DNA from: Amoeboradix gromovi X-113
Taxonomy: Eukaryota; Fungi; Sanchytriomycota
NCBI GenBank assembly: GCA_018985225.1
Contig: JADGIF010000256.1
Location: 1-12,622 of the forward strand
Direction of reading: 5' to 3'
DNA length: 12,622 nucleotides
Shown in pieces: positions 1 to 6,274 of the stretch. A program made the position numbers and the translations under genes. A model generated the notes under the pieces. The model was not told where the DNA came from and searched no databases. It saw only the letters and a list, made by a program, of their open reading frames with translations. Within the stretch, counting starts at the first letter, position 1; each line of letters begins with the position of its first letter.

Positions 1-77
1 CTAATCTTGGGTATTTGACAGAGTCCCTCAACAGAGGTGCTATTAGTCGCGATTATGGTATCACTTTTTCCAAATCT
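1..77 (+). repeat. Inverted repeat arm A, cut off by the window edge
   Basis: 1-77 is the exact reverse complement of 1236-1312 (77/77). Confidence 0.97.
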
Positions 78-742
78 TTTAGAGTGAAATCTGTGAAGCA
101 TCTCTCGCAATTAATTGCGCGACAACTTATCAAAGATCCAGTACAAGATCATTTTAATGCTGTGGATGATTTTTCTGATGTGATATTAAATGGAATCGTA
201 AAACAATTGACTGAGTTACCTAAACGTAAGGATGCATGTGGTCTTTGGGCAAATTAGAACCAATTCCAGATGCAAGTACCAAGCCATATGATTCCATCTC
301 TTCATTAAAAGCCTTAATCTATCTATTTAATCCTAAAATATTTAAAAACTACAATCAGGGTGTAGATTATGATCATAAGGGCGATATAACAATTCAACTC
401 ATTGCCAAGGAAGCGGGCGATGAATCTATTTACATTATTCGCTGTGGAGAATCGAAAAGAAAGTCAAAAAATGGAACAGTTATCCTGGTATCAAAACCAA
501 ACATTGAGAAAGCCAAAAGTCAATTAAATTTGAATCTTTCATTACTTAAATCCTGTTTGGAGTTTATTGTGTATGCCAAGACTGATCCTGATAACGTTGA
601 AAAGTATCCATGCATCAAAATGATCCCGAAAATTGACTGTTATTCTTTGGTTGGCTTGCTATTCACGCACGGTAATGAAAAATCAAAGTTGGGAAGAAAC
701 AAAGAATATGGCATTAGTTATGAACGCGTTGAAATAAAATAA
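3..742 (+). CDS. 5'-truncated gene for a putative coiled-coil + PD-(D/E)xK (restriction-endonuclease-fold) protein, in two reading frames joined by a probable mini-intron or a frameshift
   Basis: Frame 3 is open from the window edge (NLGYLTESLNRGAISRDYG...) to TAG at 255-257, and a second frame runs 236-742. The C-terminal part has D-x-K-G-D-I...C-G-E-S-K...K-A-K-S-Q-L, resembling REase motifs II-IV (D, ExK, QL). The missing N-terminus is inferred from the inverted copy at 1236-1602. AATAAA overlaps the stop (733-743). Confidence 0.55.
226..257 (+). other. Candidate short spliceosomal intron (GTAAG...TTAG, 32 nt; alternative acceptor TTCCAG at 269 gives 44 nt)
   Basis: Removing 226-257 or 226-269 deletes the in-frame TAG and joins ORF 15..257 exactly in frame to ORF 236..742 (...LPK-Q-PIPD or ...LPK-H-ASTK). 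Confidence 0.45.
275..371 (+). repeat. Direct repeat copy 1 (97 bp, inside the nuclease-like ORF)
   Basis: Aligns ungapped to 1603-1699 with 6 mismatches. Confidence 0.95.
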
Positions 743-1235
743 ATAACGTACTTAAATTACAATTTTATGCAACCAGTATCTTTTTTTGATCTAGTATAGA
801 CTTGTATCCAAAGTAATTACTAATAAATATTTATTTCGAATTCAACTTAAATGACACCAGTCTATACTCTGCCTTACGTATCTCTTCTTTTTACTGGTTG
901 CTAGTTATCCAAAAATGCTCGAAAAGATGGTGCAGGTACACATGGAAGCTGTCTATAGGCGCACAGATATTTGGACAACACCAGTATTAAGTGTATTTAA
1001 CCTACCGCAGTTCAAGGCTGTAAACTTCTTCGTCTACTTTAAATCCATAATTCCTAGAGAAAACGTAGTTCCCTTTATTATCCAAGTTTAGACAACTTGG
1101 GATTGTCAGCTCCGACAGCTTATTTATTTAAATCTGTTATAGCTGGTAAAAATAATTACTTGGTTTCGTATGCTATTTCAACATCACTTAAATATTTTTG
1201 AATACCCTAGAAACCATTCACTACCAAGCTACTTT

Positions 1236-1312
1236 AGATTTGGAAAAAGTGATACCATAATCGCGACTAATAGCACCTCTGTTGAGGGACTCTGTCAAAT
1301 ACCCAAGATTAG
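1236..1312 (-). repeat. Inverted repeat arm B
   Basis: Exact reverse complement of 1-77. Confidence 0.97.
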
Positions 1313-1331
1313 AGTTTATGCCATTGAATCC

Positions 1332-1442
1332 TTTATCCATTTTGTCTCCCATTTTATCCATTTTGTCTTCCATTTTATCCATTTTGTCTTCCATTTTATC
1401 CATTTTGTCTTCCATTTTATCCATTTTGTCTTCCACTTTATC
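1332..1442 (-). repeat. 21-bp tandem repeat, about 5.3 copies (TTTATCCATTTTGTCTTCCAT on +), encoding heptad DKMEDKM on the minus strand
   Basis: Units start at 1332, 1353, 1374, 1395 and 1416, with a partial unit at 1437; only two single-base variants. Confidence 0.97.
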
Positions 1443-1602
1443 AAATCTGTTATTTAATATTCCAAATTGTTCTTCCAATAAATCTCTTAATGTAGGATCC
1501 CCAATAGCATCAAATGCTTTGGAATCCTGCTTTACACTAGCCGTTCTCTTGTTTTGGTTCTCACCCCTTGAAGTTTCAGTAACAATACCTAAATTTCTCA
1601 AG

Positions 1603-1699
1603 AGTACCAAGCCATATGATTCCATCTATTCATTAAAAACCTTGATCTATCTATTTAATCCTGAAATGTTTAAAAACTACAACCAGGGTGTAGATTATG
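1603..1699 (+). repeat. Direct repeat copy 2: internal fragment of the nuclease-like gene
   Basis: 91/97 identical to 275-371; encodes STKPYDSIYSLKTLIYLFNPEMFKNYNQGVDY. Confidence 0.95.
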
Positions 1700-1956
1700 G
1701 GTCAGGTATCCTCTTGAAATTTTACTGCAGTTGTGTGTTCTGACGGGTTACTTGAATTAGCCGTAGCGGACTAGTGTGAAAGTATATTATATACACATTA
1801 TAAAAGAATTAGTATATTGAATGAATTTTATTGATCAACGGACTTCATTTACATTTCATATTCGAAATCCCGGTTTCCCTTTAATTCGATTTTTCTCAAA
1901 AAATTATTTGGTCTTGGTCTAGTAATCACATTTTGTTTCCCATTTGATGTCATTTT

Positions 1957-1965
1957 CCCTGAAAT
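1957..1965 (+). promoter_or_regulatory. CCCTGAAAT start-proximal motif
   Basis: Runs into the ATG at 1964. The same 9-mer occurs at 11440-11448 (+) and 12453-12461 (-), each just before an ATG. Confidence 0.6.
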
Positions 1966-2314
1966 GCTTGACAGAACTGAGGAGAAAATTTTGCATGAAC
2001 GAGAATATCGAGAGTCTCACCTCTTAGATGACAAAGAATTAGCAAATAATATACATAATGATACCACTGCATATTTAAACGACTTAGTAGAATATCAAAT
2101 TTTGCAATTACAACATGAGCTAAAGTCAACTGTCAAGCCAAGTTTAATTAATCAGTTAAAACAAGAAGATGTGAAAATCGATATAGCAAACCAAGTTATT
2201 GATATACAGGCAGTTGCGCATCACAAAACACATGAACTAAATTGGGATGAGCCATCTAAGTCTCGTCCAATTGAGCAAGAAATTGCATTAAAGTCGAAAT
2301 TCACCGAAGACTAA
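1964..2314 (+). CDS. Hypothetical helical protein (116 aa), possibly the 5' part of a longer decayed gene
   Basis: ATG preceded by CCCTGAA and an AT-rich upstream region; plausible amino-acid composition. No recognisable domain, and no AATAAA at its stop. Confidence 0.5.
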   Translation: MLDRTEEKILHEREYRESHLLDDKELANNIHNDTTAYLNDLVEYQILQLQHELKSTVKPSLINQLKQEDVKIDIANQVIDIQAVAHHKTHELNWDEPSKSRPIEQEIALKSKFTED

Positions 2315-2995
2315 TTGCTCACGGGACTGTCAAGTAACAACCTTAATTGCCCATTCACAGAACTATCTGTGCACCATTGAAATTACAAAATGGGATATTC
2401 TAACGAATAAGCTTCTATGATTGTTAGTCCATAACAGAAAGCCAGTTAGATTGATAGCATACAAGATAATTCATAGGTATGACAGCTCTCCTGGGTTAAT
2501 TATAGATTTGCTGAAAAAGAAAACTAGATCGCGAACTAACAACTGAAGTGCTTTGGAATTGCAAACTCTCTAATGCAATAAAACCCCGTCCTTTATTCGA
2601 AATCATAGATACTTTTTTCCCTGTGTGTATTTAAATGGGAAACGAGGAATTATGAATAAATAATTATATTTTTAAACTCTAAAAAATGAATATAATAGCT
2701 TTAAAATTTCCATGTTTGTTAATATTTACATGCGAAGTCTAAAAACTGGCAGTTAAATCTGCACTCTAAAACCACACTGCGGTAGGTTGTCACCGACTTG
2801 AGGAGAAATAGTATGGGACATCTTTTGAGACATTTGTTTTAATGAGTTTGACTAGTTTTCCCAAAATGTGCAAAGTATATCATATGGCTTCTCTAGTATT
2901 TAGTTTTTTATAAGAAATGCCTCCTCTGCAGTGTATGACAGATAAACAAAGAAAAGAGTATACTAAGTTGATGACCAGCGTGGAAAAGGGATAAA

Positions 2996-3157
2996 ATGTC
3001 ACTTGAAAAAGATTTGAGTAAAATACAGCACAGAGAAGAGAAAGATATGCAAAAGCTTGAGAGTGATAGAGACAAATTGCAAAGAAAGATTGAGAAAGAT
3101 AGTAAAAATCTTCAGAAACACCAGCAGCCCAACTTACAAGGCCCTGTCTATCAATAA
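2996..3157 (+). CDS. Small charged coiled-coil ORF (53 aa, MSLEKDLSKIQHREEKDMQKLESDRDKLQRKIEKDSKNLQKHQQPNLQGPVYQ) or pseudogene fragment
   Basis: Not in the ORF track. Strong K/E/D heptad pattern, GGG at 2988-2990 before the ATG, and AATAAA (3153-3158) overlapping the stop. Confidence 0.4.
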   Translation: MSLEKDLSKIQHREEKDMQKLESDRDKLQRKIEKDSKNLQKHQQPNLQGPVYQ

Positions 3158-3415
3158 ATGTTGGAATACTAATATTCCTTAAAACGCAATTTGTGCTCGC
3201 ACTACTTCAAAGATGGACAGGAAACCCTTTCACTTGGCTTGATAACATGTTTCCTAGCACCGCAGTAGTAAAGGTTGCTTTAACAGACCATAGAGATATT
3301 TATCAAGGTAAGAACATGATGAGTTGGTATCTACTAAGAATGTCTACATTTAAGAAATATGAAGTGACAAACTGGGTAAGTATTCGTTTTAAGTAGGCAA
3401 GGATCACACAAGGGA

Positions 3416-5773
3416 ATGGGTAAAAAATCAAAGATTGGGAAACATCGAATGGACAAGTACTATCATCTTGCAAAAGAGCAAGGATTTAGAAGTAGAGCTG
3501 CTTTCAAGCTCATACAGCTGAATAGAAAGTACAATTTTCTGTCCGAGGCAAAGGTATTAATTGATTTATGTGCTTCGCCTGGTGGATTCTTGCAGGTCGC
3601 AGCAAAAGAAATGCCTGAAAGTTCTATCATTGTTGGTGTTGATTTGGTTCCTATAAAAAGCATCCCTGGAGTTATCACTTTTCAGGGTGATATCACAACG
3701 CAGACATGCAGATCCAAATTAAGAGGGATACTAAACGATTGGAAAGCCGATGTTGTTTGTAATGATGGTGCTCCTAATGTTGGTGCATCCTGGAGTGGGG
3801 ATGCTTTCGTTCAAAATGAACTGACGCTAAGCGCTTGTAAACTGGCATGTGAATTCTTGAAGAAGAACGGTACATTTATCACTAAAGTCTTCCGATCGAA
3901 GGACTATCAAGCGCTGATGTGGGTCTTTAATCAACTTTTTGGTTCCGTAGAGGCTACAAAACCCTCGTCTTCTAGAAATGAGTCGGCTGAAATATTTGTA
4001 GTTTGCCGTAATTTTAAAGCTCCTGTATCTATTGATCCTAAGCTATTAGATGCGAAATATGTTTTTCAAGATCTTTTACAAAATTCAAGAAGCAGCTTGA
4101 AAAAAATTTTAAATCCAGAGAAACAAACCAGGCAAAGAAACGGATACGATGATGATAACATGATACTTTTTAAGACCATTGGAGTGGTTGAATTCTTGAA
4201 GTCGGCTGAGCCTGTCGAGATACTAGCAGACTACAATCAAATCATAATCTCATGCGCTGACAAGGAAATGGAGAAAAACATTATTGATTCAAAATGGACT
4301 ACTCCAGATGTAATTGAGAGCTGCAAAGATCTGAAGGTTTTGGGGAAAAAGGACTTTAGGGCATTAATTAAATGGAGAGTGAAATTACGACAAGCATTTT
4401 ACAAAATGAAGCAAGGCAAGGCAGATGACAGCATTGCAGAAATAGCCCCTGTGGAGATAGATGAAGCAGATTTCTTGGCAAATGAATTGTCCCTCTTGGA
4501 TGAAGATGCGCAAAAGGTTAGGAAAAAGGAAATCAAAAAGATTAGAGCAAAGAAACAGAAAGAAATGCAAAGAATCCGAATGGATATGAATAATCAAGAA
4601 GATATAATGGAAATCCAGACAGATCTTTTCTCAGGTAAGATGGCAAAAAAAGCAGGCTTGGAAATTGAGGATGCTGAGTTTGTCAGTTCATCTGAATCTG
4701 AATCCGATGTAGCGGAAGATGAGGAGGATGTGGATTTTTATGAAAAATTGGAGAGAGAAACAAACGAGATGTACGAGCAATACAAAATATACAGAGTGGA
4801 GAAGAACGCACAGCTGAAAGCACGAGAGGAATGGGCAAAGGAGACGTTTGATCCAGACGCAGAAGAAAGGGCAAGGTTAGAAGAAATGGATAGTTCATCT
4901 GAGGATGAGGTTGAAGCAAAACAACAGGAATCCAAAGCTAACCTCTTCTTTGATCATTCACTTTTTGTTGATGTATTGGCTCAAGATGATGATAAAATGA
5001 AGCTGAATGAGCCAGATGTGGGGTCTAATGCTGAAGTTAATCCTGAAATGCTAGAAGATGACCCTTTCAATCAGAATAGTGAAAGCAAGGAAGCGATGGA
5101 TTCTGAGGGCTTTAAGGAATCGAAAAGCCATAAAAGAAAGGACGCGATTGAATATGAGAATAAAAATGAGTACAAAGATATGGTTTTCAATGCACGAGCT
5201 GGCAAATCTAACCAAAAACCCATGTTAGATACTCCTGATGCTGTGGAGTTAGCGCTTCAAATTGTGCGCAACAAGGAGGCAGTTATTGACGATTCCTTTA
5301 ACAGATATGCTTATGTGGACGAAGGGCTGCCAAAATGGTTCTCTGAAGATGAAAGAAAGCATACTGGTAAGCAAATACCGATTTCAAAGGAGGCTGTTCA
5401 AATATTCAAGGATAAGGTACGTGCTGTTAATGCTCAACCAGCGAAGAAAGAACTGGAGGCCCAAATGCGTAAACGTAGACGTACTATGAACAAGGCCAAA
5501 AAGATTGTAGACCAAGTTGCTAGAATTGACGATGACGAAGATTTAGATGAAAAACAAAAAGCGATAAGCATCGCGAAAGTTTTGGCCAAAAAGCAAACTA
5601 GCAAGCATATTAAGAAGCGGGCTGTTGTGGTAGCTAAAGGTGCCAACAAAGGTCTTAAGAAGAGGCCCCACGGTGTTAAAGGCAAGTACAAAATGGTGGA
5701 TCGCCGTCTAAAGAAAGATCTTCGTGCAGATAAGCGAATTGCAAAGAGAGACAAACCAAAGCGTCGCAAGTAA
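3416..5773 (+). CDS. SPB1: AdoMet-dependent pre-rRNA 2'-O-methyltransferase Spb1/FTSJ3
   Basis: MGKKSKIGKHRMDKYYHLAKEQGFRSRAAFKLIQLN N-terminus, DLCASPGG SAM-binding motif, DGAPNVG, TKVFRSKDY and SRNESAEIFVVC (K-D-K-E tetrad), an acidic middle region, and the Spb1 C-terminal signatures DDSFNRYA, LPKWF and RPHGVKGKYKMVDRRLKKDLRA. Intronless. Confidence 0.98.
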   Translation: MGKKSKIGKHRMDKYYHLAKEQGFRSRAAFKLIQLNRKYNFLSEAKVLIDLCASPGGFLQVAAKEMPESSIIVGVDLVPIKSIPGVITFQGDITTQTCRSKLRGILNDWKADVVCNDGAPNVGASWSGDAFVQNELTLSACKLACEFLKKNGTFITKVFRSKDYQALMWVFNQLFGSVEATKPSSSRNESAEIFVVCRNFKAPVSIDPKLLDAKYVFQDLLQNSRSSLKKILNPEKQTRQRNGYDDDNMILFKTIGVVEFLKSAEPVEILADYNQIIISCADKEMEKNIIDSKWTTPDVIESCKDLKVLGKKDFRALIKWRVKLRQAFYKMKQGKADDSIAEIAPVEIDEADFLANELSLLDEDAQKVRKKEIKKIRAKKQKEMQRIRMDMNNQEDIMEIQTDLFSGKMAKKAGLEIEDAEFVSSSESESDVAEDEEDVDFYEKLERETNEMYEQYKIYRVEKNAQLKAREEWAKETFDPDAEERARLEEMDSSSEDEVEAKQQESKANLFFDHSLFVDVLAQDDDKMKLNEPDVGSNAEVNPEMLEDDPFNQNSESKEAMDSEGFKESKSHKRKDAIEYENKNEYKDMVFNARAGKSNQKPMLDTPDAVELALQIVRNKEAVIDDSFNRYAYVDEGLPKWFSEDERKHTGKQIPISKEAVQIFKDKVRAVNAQPAKKELEAQMRKRRRTMNKAKKIVDQVARIDDDEDLDEKQKAISIAKVLAKKQTSKHIKKRAVVVAKGANKGLKKRPHGVKGKYKMVDRRLKKDLRADKRIAKRDKPKRRK

Positions 5774-5778
5774 CCTTT

Positions 5779-5784
5779 AATAAA
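5779..5784 (+). terminator. AATAAA polyadenylation signal of SPB1
   Basis: Starts 6 nt after the TAA stop. Confidence 0.6.
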
Positions 5785-6274
5785 TGCTGTTTATTCAATG
5801 TCTTGCATACTAGAGATAAAAGTTTGTACATGAGATATGAAAGTAAACTGGGTGATAAGCGGATGCAGATCTCATACAGGTCGAAAGATGCGCCAGTGAG
5901 CCCAGCGAGACTCATATTTTAAAATTGAATTTGATCTGTCTTCTTTACCGCGTGCGCTAACCCTAGTAGACAACAATAAATTGCGAGTCAAACTGCTTTA
6001 TTAATAACTTGAAACTTATTACAGACGCAACACTACCTTTGCTTTACCTAAAAGTCTAGAATTCTCTTTTTTACTCATGTTTGACAGCTAGATGCAATGA
6101 AATCATACCAGAAAGTCATCTGCATCAGTTTTCGTGAATTGGTCATTGAGTACTTACAAGTCAGAATAAAGAGCTTTAGCGCTCAAATGTTATTACTTCA
6201 ATGTGAACATATGAAAATTGCGCAGTACAGTATTTGGATCCAGCTTCAAACTTGTCAAAATAAACTTTTTTGAA

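Larger units (their letters stand above)
1236..1602 (-). pseudogene. Inverted gene fragment: N-terminal coiled-coil part of the gene family seen at 3-742
   Basis: The minus frame encodes ...LLEEQFGILNNRFDKVEDKM(DKMEDKM)n...GFNGINSNLGYLTESLNRGAISRDYGITFSKS, identical in the overlap with the 5' ORF. Homology then stops and a TAG follows 4 codons later. The ORF-track ATG at 1625 lies in the antisense strand of the adjacent direct-repeat piece, so it is probably not the native start. Confidence 0.7.

Noticed and set aside
916-1201. Short plus-strand frames (58-aa MLEKMVQV... and a following frame)
   Set aside because: No recognisable similarity and no start or poly(A) signals; cannot be supported.
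1-1312. DNA transposon bounded by terminal inverted repeats
   Set aside because: The inverted arms are internal coding sequence of the gene, no DDE transposase motif is visible, and no target duplication can be defined at the arm ends.
1332-1442. Possible CRISPR array
   Set aside because: Head-to-tail units with no spacers, eukaryotic context, and no cas genes.
1170-1457. 95-aa plus-strand ORF with FIHFVFH repeats
   Set aside because: It is the antisense reading of the 21-bp array and inverted fragment; the meaningful frame is on the minus strand.
1282-1743. 153-aa plus-strand ORF with SILSSIL repeats
   Set aside because: A chimera of antisense sequence and the 97-bp duplicated fragment, with no start signal; only 1603-1699 is homologous coding sequence.
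3030-3039. ACAGAGAAGA resembling the U6 snRNA ACAGAGA box
   Set aside because: The following TTAGCATGGCCCC-type sequence is absent, and it lies in a purine-rich coding-like frame.
3193-3396. 67-aa GTG-start ORF and a GTAAGT...TAG 21-nt segment (3376-3396) upstream of SPB1
   Set aside because: Non-ATG start and no homology. Splicing the segment does not bring it in frame with SPB1, whose N-terminus is already complete.
3463-5915. Several short ORFs overlapping SPB1 on either strand
   Set aside because: Shadow frames of a conserved gene.
5957-5965. CTAACCCTA telomere-like word
   Set aside because: A single unit with no array.
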